DNA of 64,000 nucleotides from a virus. Both the position numbers and the translations under genes were made by a program. Below are positions 18,232 to 29,069 of the stretch, piece by piece; the first letter of the stretch is position 1, and every line of letters starts with the position of its first letter. The stretch covers positions 47,828 through 111,827 of the IMG/VR virus record IMGVR_UViG_3300028392_000041. One strand, given 5' to 3'. The notes beneath the pieces were generated by a model that saw nothing but the letters and a program-made list of their open reading frames with translations, did no database searches and had not been told where the DNA came from.

Positions 18232-18813
18232 TTATCCAAAATTAAATGCCATTGAAATTCTTTCATCATCTTCATCTTCAGTCAAATTTTGTTCAACATG
18301 ATGAGACAAGTAAGACGGAAATACAACAGTATTAATAACTGTCGGATCTATGTAGTAAGCCGACCAATTTCTATCATTTTGTACTCCTGGAAGCACAAAC
18401 TTAGAATTATCAGGTCGTTCAAACACAATATTTCCACTATTTTTTGGAACTTTAAAGTATACAGCTCCAGAGAAGAATGAAAATTGATGTGTATGACTTA
18501 CATTGTAATTATACCTCTTATTTACATTGAACCAAAAATTCAGCAAGTTCACTGGACGATCAATTCCATACACTTCATACAGTTTAACCATCTCATTACC
18601 AATTACATCAAAAATTGGGTTTACTACAGCCAGTTCACTACTTAGCGACTCAAACTTATAGGTCGGACTCTGCCATCCACCACGATTGCTAAATTCCAGA
18701 GATGGAGTTGAATCCTGTATTTCTTTGATTTTGGAAATTATTGGAGCAGGGTCAAATTCAATGTTCGTTGAAAATATAGATGTTCTAAAGGGAACATGTT
18801 CTTCAAATAACAT
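18232..18813 (-). CDS. Putative 2OG-Fe(II) oxygenase (TIGR02466-like)
   Basis: SNRGGWQS, W.NVN, HTH, SG.VY, FPSYL.H.V..N...RIS.AFN. Confidence 0.85.
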   Translation of the reverse strand: MLFEEHVPFRTSIFSTNIEFDPAPIISKIKEIQDSTPSLEFSNRGGWQSPTYKFESLSSELAVVNPIFDVIGNEMVKLYEVYGIDRPVNLLNFWFNVNKRYNYNVSHTHQFSFFSGAVYFKVPKNSGNIVFERPDNSKFVLPGVQNDRNWSAYYIDPTVINTVVFPSYLSHHVEQNLTEDEDDERISMAFNFG

Positions 18814-19070
18814 TAGCGACCTCGACCAGTTGTCCTACGCACTTTTTTCTGTAGATTCTGAACAGCGGTCTTTACCAACTTCTTAGCCATCTTCACATTA
18901 CCAAATTTAACAGTCATTTCCTTCACTGCTTTCTTCTTTTCAGCTTTCAATGCCCTTGCTTCCTTTAGTCTAGTAAGAGAGTCCTTAAACTCACCCTCGA
19001 CTTCGCTGGATTTTTCTAAATCTGGATTTTTATCAGTTTCATTTGTCATTTCTTTTTCCTTTGTAGACAC
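18813..19070 (-). CDS. Small basic hypothetical protein
   Basis: K/R-rich C-terminus; own promoter at 19081-19110. Confidence 0.55.
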   Translation of the reverse strand: MSTKEKEMTNETDKNPDLEKSSEVEGEFKDSLTRLKEARALKAEKKKAVKEMTVKFGNVKMAKKLVKTAVQNLQKKVRRTTGRGR

Positions 19071-19386
19071 CCGACATCCTATTATACCATAAATCGGTCT
19101 TGCAAGTCAAGTTTATTTTTCCGACTTCTTGTAAGGGTTTTGTGGATCGCGAATTAGTACCACTGGAGTGACTTTTTCTACTAAAATGGTGTTTTCCGAG
19201 TTGATTTTCGTGTTGTAAGTCGTTGTACAGCCAAAAAGTACTACAAGAAGCATAAAAATCATAAAATATCGTATCAAAACCACTTTCCACCTCCGTAAAC
19301 ACCGAATTTTCGCATGAAGCAAGTAAAAATGAGACCAAAAACGATCTCAAAAGTAAATAACCCCACTATGATATATAGAGCAATCA

Positions 19387-19650
19387 TTACTCGCCACCAT
19401 AGTAGTCAATAATGAGGGATAGTGCTCTAATAAGTTTACCATTATTCACTACATCATCGGGATGTAACCAATAACCATCAGGATTCAGTTCATCCTTGGG
19501 ATTTTCAGCCCACGCATCTAATTCTGACTGTAGATAACGCTTGGCATCAATCAAATTTGCCCGAGTAAGTCCGTCTGCCACCTCATGAGGAATGACTAAA
19601 CCTCCAGAGGGATATAAGTGTTCGTTCTCAGTTTTAACTAATTTGTTCAT
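19387..19650 (-). CDS. Hypothetical protein
   Basis: ORF overlapping upstream small ORF by 4 nt. Confidence 0.6.
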   Translation of the reverse strand: MNKLVKTENEHLYPSGGLVIPHEVADGLTRANLIDAKRYLQSELDAWAENPKDELNPDGYWLHPDDVVNNGKLIRALSLIIDYYGGE

Positions 19651-19778
19651 GATAGTAAATCCACAATCGCTTTTATAGTGTTAATGTCAATATGCAGCTT
19701 AGATGCTATCTCAGCCACATCCCAATGCCGTTCCAGTAGTTCTTTCACAGCCATAACCAAATCATGTCGTGTATACAT
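19647..19778 (-). CDS. Small HTH-like protein (43 aa; not in ORF track)
   Basis: MYTRHDLVMAVKELLERHWDVAEIASKLHIDINTIKAIVDLLS; AAGGA SD; own promoter. Confidence 0.55.
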   Translation of the reverse strand: MYTRHDLVMAVKELLERHWDVAEIASKLHIDINTIKAIVDLLS

Positions 19779-20046
19779 AGTGTAGTCCTTTTAGTAATTA
19801 TACACTAATAACGCTTTAAAGTCAAGTAAGCTGACAGGGTTTGCAGGTAAATTTTTGCAGGGCGATTTTTGAGACGGATTCGTTTGAAATCGGCTGAGGT
19901 ATGCAGTTGTATCTTGGAGATGTTAATTAAAGTTTCCTTTTGACTTGCATCGCCATAAGGTACTTAAAGGGGACCCGATCTCTAAAGCGAAAAGTCCACC
20001 CCAGCACAACAATCAATCTTGACTTTAATCTCCGATCCTAGTATAA

Positions 20047-21606
20047 TTACCCCTTGACTTTCACAAATGTTCGGTGTCGCTTGTCGAACTGAATTCTGTT
20101 CTTAAACAACTTAACATCACGACCACTCTTGCCATAGGGAATAAACCCATAGAGCCACTGCTTATCAGGACTCAGGATATATGTGCCGTTCTTTATATAA
20201 GAATCGTCCCAAACAGTGGTCTCACGAAATACTACCATATCTTTAGTCATAGGTATCCTAGTGTATATAGAGCGAGCCATCAGCGTCGACTCGGTAGTTC
20301 AATGGTGTATCCTCAGGCCAATCCTTAGTCTGAAGCAGGACATCTCCCTTGACGACTTGGATATAGGTAGTGTCCTCGGTACATATAACGACCCCTGCAT
20401 AGACGACCTTTGCCTTGGCGACCTCACGACGAAACTGCTTCACTGACATATAACGACCTTTCTCAACTGGGTATAATACAATTATACCCCGAAATACCTA
20501 TTAAAGTAAAGGGAAATAATTTGGCAAAAGAGCGAGAAATTACTTGACTTTAATTCGTTTTTAGTGTCTGTCTGGACTGCGAATTTTTGCGGCGAGTTTC
20601 TGAATCGCAATAGGATTCTGATTTAGGTCAACGCAAGAGACCGAAATTTGCCGAGTGCGATCACTACTCACAATAGTAGACTTTCAGTTCATTCCCCTGA
20701 TAATCGGTTATCCTGATTAATCCCTTACCCATGTAGCGGAGAAATTTCTCTATAAACCAACTAGGAATAGCGTGTTTAAATTCTATTCTTGGCGTAGTGC
20801 TTATAGCGATTGTTCCCTTATTGCTGTAGGTAATCATTCTGACACCAGCTTTCTCTGAACAATATCATAGGTAACGAAGTCGCTGAATTCATCATCTATG
20901 TCTGCATCAGCGACCTCTTCCTCTGAGACATCATAGAAGTCACGGATTATGGCTATTTTCTCAGCCAAAGCCAGTGCGTGTGTTTCATATACACCGACTA
21001 CCGTAGTTCCGTCATCGGTTTCTTCAGTTAGAACATAGACATATTTCATTTTCCGTCATCCCTTTGCTTTTCTTCTAAGCGATTAATCCTATATTTCAGT
21101 TCTTCCACCTGCATTGTGAGGTCTTTGATTGACTTCAGGAGAATTGTTTGTAGGTCAATTTCCACTGTGTCTGTGAACCTGTCATGGCTCATTGCCTTTT
21201 TTGATTGGAAACCTGTCATTTTAACCCCAGTCTTTCTTGTCGCCGAATCGTTCGTTGAACTCATAACCCATTGCATAGGCACGAAGCTGAATCCCATGCA
21301 TATCTGTGGCTTCTACGCGATCACCATTATAGCTACCCTCAGGATACCAGTGTGGATCCATTGGGCGATGATAGTAGGAGTCAGCTGAACCCCTGTCGAA
21401 TGGTGAGCCATGTGAGCGATCAAAGATTTCGCCTTTGTACTCAATTGTGTTTCCGTCTTCAATAATTGCGTTCATAAAAATCCTTCTCAAAAATCCAGTA
21501 AAAAAGGTCACAGCCCCATCAAGCGCAAGCGCAAGAGCTGTCCCAGAGTTGGTTTCAAACCCAACTTTTTGCGGAGCAATTGCCCCAGTGTTTTCTTTTG
21601 TTTCAT
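20047..21606 (-). other. Run of small early hypothetical ORFs (20047-20280, 20258-20449, 20834-21049, 21046-about 21219, 21221-21475, 21508-21606) around a about 380-bp non-coding gap
   Basis: ORF track plus hand translation; SD motifs. Confidence 0.55.
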
Positions 21607-21625
21607 ACTACCTCCCTTGTTCTTA

Positions 21626-22552
21626 TTAAGCAGTCAACATGTAAGTAGCAAGATCTTTGTAGTCTTTGTTAGACGCACGGATTTTGCAGACAGCGATAAG
21701 GGTACGGAGGGAAATTTCCTTACACTCATCTTTGATTTCCTTAATCAAAGCAAGGGCATCTGCCTTAACAGAAGCATCGTACTCAGGCATGAATTCAGGG
21801 CTGGTAGCGATAAAGGACATGCGGTCTAACTTTTGGTCAGCAGTCATAGTCAGGTCAATCATCATTGAACGACTACGAATCGCTTGGTCGATGCCGTCCT
21901 GAGTCATGTTAGAAATAAAAATCACACGACCTGTGAATTCAAACGAACGAGGTAAGTCCTCATCACGCATGTCAGCATTCCAAGAGATAATACGCTTGCC
22001 GTAGGAATCTAGCGCACCCTTAAGAATATTCAAAGCAACAGGATCTTTGAGCACAGAGTCACAGTCGTCAAACACGATAATGCTGTTGTTGTTTTCAAAC
22101 AGCGAACGATACAAACCCTTAGCAGTTGAATAACCCTTGATTTGGGTGAAGCACTTGCGAGTGTTAATCACTGAACCGACTTGAAAGTCAGCGAGATTAG
22201 AGATGTCGGTGTAGCCAGCATCGTTAAGAGTTTTGGTTACGGTAAAAGTTTTACCGAGACCACCTTCACCTGTGATAACAGCGGATGGCTGTACGCCAGA
22301 CGCAACCATTTTCACAAGTTTCTCAACGAACTCAAAGCGAGTATTGATGCCAAACTTTTCGTCACGAGCAGTTTGTACTTCAACATCGGCAGCAACGATC
22401 TGGTCGTAGGTCAAATCCATACCTGTTTCCTGTTTATATCTCCACTCAATGTGGGATTTCTTAGTAGTTTTGAAGGGTTTAGCAGAACCGATTTGGCACA
22501 CATACTTACCAGAGGTTTTGTCGAATTTCACAGAGGTACGGATAGTAGTCAT
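21626..22552 (-). CDS. AAA+ ATPase, early
   Basis: Walker A GEGGLGKT, Walker B IIVFDDCD, ISN sensor, AIRSR Arg finger. Confidence 0.85.
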   Translation of the reverse strand: MTTIRTSVKFDKTSGKYVCQIGSAKPFKTTKKSHIEWRYKQETGMDLTYDQIVAADVEVQTARDEKFGINTRFEFVEKLVKMVASGVQPSAVITGEGGLGKTFTVTKTLNDAGYTDISNLADFQVGSVINTRKCFTQIKGYSTAKGLYRSLFENNNSIIVFDDCDSVLKDPVALNILKGALDSYGKRIISWNADMRDEDLPRSFEFTGRVIFISNMTQDGIDQAIRSRSMMIDLTMTADQKLDRMSFIATSPEFMPEYDASVKADALALIKEIKDECKEISLRTLIAVCKIRASNKDYKDLATYMLTA

Positions 22553-22627
22553 TTGGTTTCCTTTTTTATTCATCATAGATCAATTATACACGAGGTACGA
22601 ATTAAAGTAAAGCACTTTATTCCATAC

Positions 22628-22644
22628 CCCTACGACCTGTAGGG
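22628..22644. promoter_or_regulatory. Palindromic motif CCCTAC-N5-GTAGGG upstream of early promoters (7 copies)
   Basis: Copies at 22628, 22875, 23474, 24681, 37849, 40163, 48019. Confidence 0.75.
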
Positions 22645-22891
22645 TTATTCATGGCTGTCACACCAGAGTATGCAAGGGCGATAGCCAGACCAGCGATCAC
22701 TACCAAGGGTAGCAACTGTGCGTCTGTGGCATTGTCCAAACCACCTGCAACACCCATTAACACAAACAAACCAACGAAAGTACGGATAGATCCACGCATT
22801 TTAAAACCCTTTTTTATCATCAATACAGTAAGTATACCTGTTTTCTGAATTAATGTAAAGCATTATTTTCATACCCCTACGACTGGTAGGG

Positions 22892-23182
22892 TTATTCCAT
22901 ACCCAGATTTGAGAACGAATCTTCGTTGCCTTCACGAGCATCGTACCTGCCGTTGCCAAGGTCAAGGGCATAGGACAACTCACGAATGTCCTCACATGTG
23001 TCAACGACCTCAAGGGACTCAACATCAACGACCTCACAATAGCAACCATCGATCACTACCGTATACTTGTCCTGATATTCAGCGATCAAGGGTACTGGGC
23101 TGGATACGCCAGCGAAGCCCATGCGGTCAAATTTTGTCATAACAGAAAATTCCAAGCCAGCCAAAAAGTCACGAGTAATCAT
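22892..23182 (-). CDS. Early hypothetical protein
   Basis: ORF with AGGA SD. Confidence 0.6.
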   Translation of the reverse strand: MITRDFLAGLEFSVMTKFDRMGFAGVSSPVPLIAEYQDKYTVVIDGCYCEVVDVESLEVVDTCEDIRELSYALDLGNGRYDAREGNEDSFSNLGME

Positions 23183-23193
23183 ATATTTTCCTA

Positions 23194-23400
23194 TTAAGCG
23201 ATTGTTGTTTTGCGTGGGAAGCCAGTAGCGAAACCACTGGTACCTGTTGATGCTGTGCGAGTAACTTTGCCACGCATAACCTGTTTGCGAGGGCGAATCT
23301 GGCGATCGCTGACTTCAACGACACCACCACGACGCAGGAATTCAGCCATCTGTACTTCAGACTCGGCACGGAGTTGGGATTTGGTTTTTGCTATAATCAT
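23194..23400 (-). CDS. Early basic hypothetical protein
   Basis: KSQLRAES....AEFLRRGG; downstream of promoter. Confidence 0.6.
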   Translation of the reverse strand: MIIAKTKSQLRAESEVQMAEFLRRGGVVEVSDRQIRPRKQVMRGKVTRTASTGTSGFATGFPRKTTIA

Positions 23401-23490
23401 TTTTCTTCCTTTTTTCAAGTTTACAAGTAATTATACATCCAAAGCGAATTAAAGTAAAGGACTATTTTAGTACCCCTACCACTGGTAGGG

Positions 23491-24231
23491 TTATGCTGCC
23501 ATCATCATTACAGTGGGATATTTCACAAACCCACTGGTGTCCTTCTTGGCTTTGCCTTTGGCATACAACCCAACGATCACTCCCTTTGGGTCAAGGAAAC
23601 GCAGGTCAGACTCATCGCCATTAAATACTGTGCGACCATTATAGGTTTCAGGCATGGGCTGTGTTTTCTTCATACCAAAAACAGTAGCGACATTATAACC
23701 CTGCGCGATCGCTCCCAAAACATCAGCATCGTTGCCATCGGCAGCAGAGAAAGTCAGGTGGTAGTTATCGATGTGAGCAACTTTACGACCGAGGATTTTT
23801 GTGTAGTCATAAAATTGAACCTGCGGAAACAGTTGAAAAATATTTTTGCCTGTACCCATGATGCTATACTTTTCAAAAGACAGGTCACTGGTGCCGTTGA
23901 GACGAAACACTGGTGTCAAACCGAGTCGGGCTGACTGTTTGATTGCCAACTCAATGTCGTTGATGAGTTGGTGGAAAAATTCATCACGATTGCTGAAAAA
24001 CAACTGAGTCTTACGGATCCGTGCTTTCTGAATCGTGTTTGTCGTTTCGCCTTTCTTGAACATACCACCACGACCAGCTGTGTTCAAACAAGCAGAGGTG
24101 CAACCAGCAGTGCGCTTGGGGCAGGTTTCGTGACCTGACAGATTCGCAGGGGCGAGGTGAAGGATGTAGGTATTATAACCCTGCTTCATGCCTTTGAGGA
24201 TTTTTGGGTTTCCAGTGCTCAATAATTTCAT
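23491..24231 (-). CDS. Phage Gp88-like protein (Cys-cluster, radical-SAM-related)
   Basis: CP....GC...CL..AGRG, RLNGTSD, QFYDYTK, GD.SDLRF.D, GL.AKG. Confidence 0.7.
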   Translation of the reverse strand: MKLLSTGNPKILKGMKQGYNTYILHLAPANLSGHETCPKRTAGCTSACLNTAGRGGMFKKGETTNTIQKARIRKTQLFFSNRDEFFHQLINDIELAIKQSARLGLTPVFRLNGTSDLSFEKYSIMGTGKNIFQLFPQVQFYDYTKILGRKVAHIDNYHLTFSAADGNDADVLGAIAQGYNVATVFGMKKTQPMPETYNGRTVFNGDESDLRFLDPKGVIVGLYAKGKAKKDTSGFVKYPTVMMMAA

Positions 24232-24248
24232 AATATATCCCTCTTCAA

Positions 24249-24620
24249 TTAAACAGTTGCGGTATCAAGATAACCATAAGGCAAACCAAACAAGAAGCAA
24301 GCGTAGTCACGATCGCCATTTGCATCAGCAGAGTCCATGAGCCAAGCGATTACTCGCTCACGATTGGTGCCTGTATGCATCAGGTTTAATACTTTGTCCT
24401 CAAACTTCGCGATCGCTACTTTCTCGTCTGCGATTCGCTGAGTTTCTTCACGCATGATGACTTCAGCCAAGAACTCAAATTCCTTCTCAAAGTCAGCCAG
24501 CGTCCACATGCTGGTGTCAATGCCACGAGGACGACTGCCGTAGGCATCTTTGTACATATCCCAGTACTGACATTGGGCTTGCTCAAGAGGGGACATTTCG
24601 TTCCAAGATTGCATTTTCAT
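24249..24620 (-). CDS. Early hypothetical protein
   Basis: YWDMYKDAYG.RPRG motif; own promoter. Confidence 0.65.
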   Translation of the reverse strand: MKMQSWNEMSPLEQAQCQYWDMYKDAYGSRPRGIDTSMWTLADFEKEFEFLAEVIMREETQRIADEKVAIAKFEDKVLNLMHTGTNRERVIAWLMDSADANGDRDYACFLFGLPYGYLDTATV

Positions 24621-24697
24621 TTCCTTTTCTGATTCAATAGAGTAATTATACAAGTATTTTGAATTAAAGTAAAGGGAAAACCCTTCACTCAGTAGGG

Positions 24698-24859
24698 TTA
24701 TTCAGTAGGAACGCCAGCCAAGCCAAAAATCTCAAGAACCCCACCAGTAGGGTAGTCAGAGGGCACAGTCACGGTAGCCAGATTATCATAAGCCAAACCC
24801 CAATTAGCAAAGGGACCAGCCACAACCATTTTATTAGCAGTATCAATAATATAAAACAT
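24698..24859 (-). CDS. Small early protein (53 aa; not in ORF track)
   Basis: MFYIIDTANKMVVAGPF...; AGGAG SD; promoter 24884-24912. Confidence 0.55.
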   Translation of the reverse strand: MFYIIDTANKMVVAGPFANWGLAYDNLATVTVPSDYPTGGVLEIFGLAGVPTE

Positions 24860-24929
24860 TCATTTCTCCTATTCAATAATACAATTATACCTCGACTGTG
24901 AATTAATGTAAAGGTCTTTTTATCGCTTG

Positions 24930-24942
24930 TAAGTCGTTGATT
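24930..24942 (-). promoter_or_regulatory. IHF consensus site
   Basis: AATCAACGACTTA matches WATCAANNNNTTR, upstream of first early promoter. Confidence 0.55.
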
Positions 24943-25025
24943 TCAAATGAGAAAAACCCACTGAAAAGTGGGTTTGAGGAAAAAACGGACTCTGTAGCGA
25001 GTTAAGCTACTTCATGGGGGTTTGC

Positions 25026-26279
25026 CTAGAAAGGCATGTTACCATCGATTTTGGTGATGCGTAGCGATAACTCTCGGCTGTCTGATACTTGTCTGCTCTC
25101 TAGTCGGTCTAGCCTGTGTTGTAGTGAGATTGTGCGAACAGCCAACAGAACCAAAGCGATCACTACCAGCGTAAAGGTCAAACCCCAGCCAGCGATAATG
25201 CCGTAGGTCAACATCCACAAATTATCTACTGTGTCTGTTAATAATCTAATTGTGTTCATCGTGTGAACTTTCTAATGATTGTGTGCCAATAGTAGCGGAA
25301 ACTACGAATAACTATCCAATCAAAAATGTCATTGGACCATCCGACTTCTTTTGGCATGTTACCGTATGCCTTTTCGATTGTGTCCTTTTGTGTCATTGTC
25401 CGTCTTTCGTTTCCCAGATTGCGTTGTCCGCAACGAATTGGTTGTTTGGTAGTGATCGTTCAGGAATAACATTATAGTCATCCCAATTCTTTTCTTTCAT
25501 TGCTGGTTCAGCTCTTGCCTTTGACGCAAACTTACCCATCTCTGATATAATCCATCTGCTCTGTTCAGCTACAGGGCTGTCGGACTTCAAAAATTCTGTT
25601 TGTTTCTTTGACTTTTCCATGCGTTCTTTTTGTGAGAACACACGATGGTTGCCGCAACTACGACAACAATATGGACCACGCTTCTTATGTAGTGTTCCGC
25701 AGTGAGGACACTGCTTTTCGCGATAGCCAGCCATTACACAATGTCCTTTGTTGCTTTCCAATCATCCCATGGACATTTCTCTGGATTCCAAAATTCACAC
25801 TCACAAACATATCTACCTGCGTTATGACTTTCGTTACGCATAAACCCATGTGGCGCATCAGGATGTGGGTTACACTTTGATGCTTCTTCTCTGTCCTCAG
25901 TTGTGAAAGTAGTCATAGTGGATAATTTCTTTTTTTGGCAAATTCTTCTGCTTCTTCATGCGAGCAAAGTTTATCTTCTTTAGCCCATGTTAGCGCTTGT
26001 TCTTCGCTATCGAAATATGGGCTGATAACACCACTGCCTTCTTCGCGAACCCAGAAGTAGGTATATGTGCTCATGCCAGCATCTCTATACTTTATCAGCT
26101 TCACCTTGTGTTCCTGTTACACGCATTCGGTCTTCAACTATTTTAAATGCTTCATCTTCAAGTTCAGCATCCTGAATTTCTTTAGGACTTTTCTTAAAGA
26201 TGTTGTCCCAACGATTATCAAATTCTTCTTTGCTTATACTATATGGTCTTGGCGTAGACCCTTTACCACCATCAGACAT
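25026..26279 (-). other. Run of small hypothetical ORFs (25026-25259 membrane; 25393-about 25734 CxxC Zn-binding; 25734-25916; 25913-26104; 26085-26279)
   Basis: Overlapping start/stop packing. Confidence 0.55.
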
Positions 26280-26546
26280 TTAATCCTCCAATACAGCTAC
26301 AATATTGTCTTCGTCAACGATAACCCTTTGGGCATCACCAATCTTTACTACCTGTGCTTTGCTCCACTCAAGCATAATAACATCACCTACTTTTACCAGT
26401 GTTACTTTTGGTCCGATTGCGAGTACTGTTCCCTGCTTTGAGTCTCGGTTGCTTGTCGTTCCGTCCAGAATGATTCCGCTTTCCGTTGTCTGTTCCGCTT
26501 TGTTTTCTGCTACTAGGACTTTCTTTTTCAGTGGTGTCACTATCAT
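26280..26546 (-). CDS. groES: Co-chaperonin GroES/Cpn10
   Basis: PL..KVLV......TESGIIL....GTVLAIGP.V..VKVGD...EDNIVAVL. Confidence 0.9.
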   Translation of the reverse strand: MIVTPLKKKVLVAENKAEQTTESGIILDGTTSNRDSKQGTVLAIGPKVTLVKVGDVIMLEWSKAQVVKIGDAQRVIVDEDNIVAVLED

Positions 26547-26717
26547 ATGCTTGCGCCTTATTATATTGTTGTTGAGTAATTTCTTTATACTTATATGATT
26601 CAATCCAGAATATGCTGGCTTGAAAGTCTAGCATTGATTTTAAATTGTAACCACGACAATTAATCTTGTGTTTGAATCCATCTTTCCAAACAACATCAAT
26701 CTGATAGTAGTTATCTC

Positions 26718-26936
26718 TTACCAACTATCTACTCCTGTTATCTCAGTAGTAAATGTTCCATTCAAATCATCTTGACTGAATGGAACAGCAGCAGTCAGTC
26801 TATAACCGATACCATTTCCTGTGTCTCGTGTTAGTGTGACCATCGTTGCTTCAGGAAATTTCTCAAGGATCTCTTTGAGTTTATCAATTTCATCAGTGAA
26901 TAGGGGGATAGTTACTGTTGTCATGCCATAATCCAT
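26718..26936 (-). CDS. Hypothetical protein
   Basis: Ends EITGVDSW; packed ORF. Confidence 0.55.
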   Translation of the reverse strand: MDYGMTTVTIPLFTDEIDKLKEILEKFPEATMVTLTRDTGNGIGYRLTAAVPFSQDDLNGTFTTEITGVDSW

Positions 26937-27463
26937 GCGTATATGATTTCAAATAATACATCAACAGGAAGATTTTCTTGTGGGATTGGATGTACCATAT
27001 TAATCTTCGTCAGTTGCAGGTGTGTTCTTACAGTGTCGCACAAAGGCAGTAGCTGCAACAACTGCTCCAAGTATAACACCGATAAGTAATGCGATTAGAA
27101 TTTCTTGAGTCATATCATTTCCTTATATTATATCATTATATCTTAAGACTGCGGGATTGTCAACTCCCGTGATTTGTAATATTTGTACATTCTTACAAAA
27201 GATGCGAATCGAAGTGGCTCATGCTCGAAATTTGGCAACTCACCAAAATGTTCGAGCATCGCATTATAAAATTGGATTGCTTCTTCGTCTGTCACTAATA
27301 CTTATACCCATTCTGGTCAGCCCAATCATATGCTTCTTGTTTTGAATTGAAGTATGGTGGACCAACTCGTTGTGTCGGATCATTAATTTGAACCCAATAA
27401 AAAATTAAAATTTTTGGACCTGGATCTTTGTATGTTACGAGTTTAATCGTTGCAACAGCCATG

Positions 27464-27715
27464 TTATTCTCCTAACCATTCTAACAATTCTTTTTCTTGT
27501 AGCATACCAGAGATTCGTTTAATTTCTTTTTCTTCTTTATCAACCATAATCAGTGTTGGTACTGATCTAACATTAAAGTTTGCTGACATGAACACATTAT
27601 TATCAATATCAACTTCTTCAATTGGCATTGTGATTTTATCACCAGCACCTTTGATTACCATTGATAAACCTTGACATGGACCACACCATGCTGCTTGAAA
27701 TTTTAATACTTTCAT
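27464..27715 (-). CDS. Thioredoxin
   Basis: WCGPC, VRSVPT. Confidence 0.92.
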   Translation of the reverse strand: MKVLKFQAAWCGPCQGLSMVIKGAGDKITMPIEEVDIDNNVFMSANFNVRSVPTLIMVDKEEKEIKRISGMLQEKELLEWLGE

Positions 27716-28314
27716 AGTTTTCCTTTAAATGTAAAATTCATTGATATACTTATTCTATTTTCAGTACTCATGTTTGTGTCAACCATGTGTTGCAAATTAG
27801 ATCTAAAAATTACTAAATTGCATTCTTCTGGTACAATATGATATGTGCTATAAGAAGCATCAGTAGCTGTAACAACAGGTAGTGGAAACATATTACTAAA
27901 TGCTTCATGACTTTTGAATCTAATACTACCACAATTTTTTGGTGCTTTCACATAATAAGCACAACTAAAGTGGCTCGAGTCGTGGTTATGATACTCTTGA
28001 AAATTTCCTTTCTCCGAGACATTTACCCATCCATTTACTCTCTCAAAGATTTCGGTTTCAACTCCAAATAATTTTGAAAATTTAATTACTTCAGATTTAC
28101 ACGCAGAAACAAAAGAAGATGCCATTGGGTCTTTAGTGATATCATACTTATTTACAGTTGAATATGTGTTACAGTTCCATACATCATCAGCTTTGATTGT
28201 GTTTTTTAATTCAATTGATTTTGTTTCAACTTTTCTGTTAAATTCAGAAAATTGAGATAATCTCGCAACATGAATCAATGTTGGAAACAATGGTATAATT
28301 GATGACTGTGTCAT
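27712..28314 (-). CDS. Putative 2OG-Fe(II) oxygenase (TIGR02466-like)
   Basis: WVN, HNH, S..YY, F.S.L.H.V..N...RISIS.N. Confidence 0.85.
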   Translation of the reverse strand: MTQSSIIPLFPTLIHVARLSQFSEFNRKVETKSIELKNTIKADDVWNCNTYSTVNKYDITKDPMASSFVSACKSEVIKFSKLFGVETEIFERVNGWVNVSEKGNFQEYHNHDSSHFSCAYYVKAPKNCGSIRFKSHEAFSNMFPLPVVTATDASYSTYHIVPEECNLVIFRSNLQHMVDTNMSTENRISISMNFTFKGKL

Positions 28315-29069
28315 TTTTTAAAACCAAATGGACATTTCTTCGGAAAGAACTTATCTTTGAAGAATTTAACTGTGGCTTGCGCCATTGTGTAGTTTTGTTC
28401 CATATTATTATTGCTCACAAAATGTTTTAATGCAACGCAAGATTCAACAGTTTTACGCATATCATCAGTAAACTCTGTTCTTATCATGTTTACTTTTTTA
28501 TTGTTGTGTGGAGTAAACCTTAGATACATGAGCGGATCTCCTCTCTTGAACACAATAGGTTTAGATGGATCTTTGATTTCGCCACCAAAGTGTACTGGTC
28601 TGATCCACTTTGAAATATCAAACTGCCCTGTCAGTATTCTCATGTTATCAATATTGTCTTCAGTACCAACTTCCATGTTTGGTACTAACATTTCCATAAG
28701 ACAAGACTCTTTTGTAACAAACAAATAGTTATACCCAAGAGTAAACATATAAAATGTTTTATTGTCTTCTTCTTTAAAATGTACGAAATTGTCATAGAAT
28801 TTCTGCCCCATTCTATTCGTCTGAATGAATTTCTTTCCATGAACATCAACACCAGTTGTAATTGTTACATCAACAGGAGATTTTATGACAAATGTATTTT
28901 TATAATAATCTTGAACAACTGGACACTTTAAAAATGTGCTATCCCTTTGAGAAGCAATTCTTTTAAATGCTGGCTCTGGTTCAAACCAAGCAAGGTTTTC
29001 CCATGTTGGGTCATTTCCATCCTTGTTCATGACTGGTGTCCAGTAAATATCAACAGGTTTGTTAAACAT
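28311..29069 (-). CDS. Hypothetical protein of oxygenase cluster
   Basis: KCP, GQFDISKWIRP, FKRGDPL, ends KKCPFGFKK. Confidence 0.65.
   Translation of the reverse strand: MFNKPVDIYWTPVMNKDGNDPTWENLAWFEPEPAFKRIASQRDSTFLKCPVVQDYYKNTFVIKSPVDVTITTGVDVHGKKFIQTNRMGQKFYDNFVHFKEEDNKTFYMFTLGYNYLFVTKESCLMEMLVPNMEVGTEDNIDNMRILTGQFDISKWIRPVHFGGEIKDPSKPIVFKRGDPLMYLRFTPHNNKKVNMIRTEFTDDMRKTVESCVALKHFVSNNNMEQNYTMAQATVKFFKDKFFPKKCPFGFKK

Noticed and set aside
22583-24700. Repeats resembling a CRISPR array
   Set aside because: Spacing is irregular (hundreds of bp), the repeats are promoter plus palindrome units separated by genes, and there is no cas operon.
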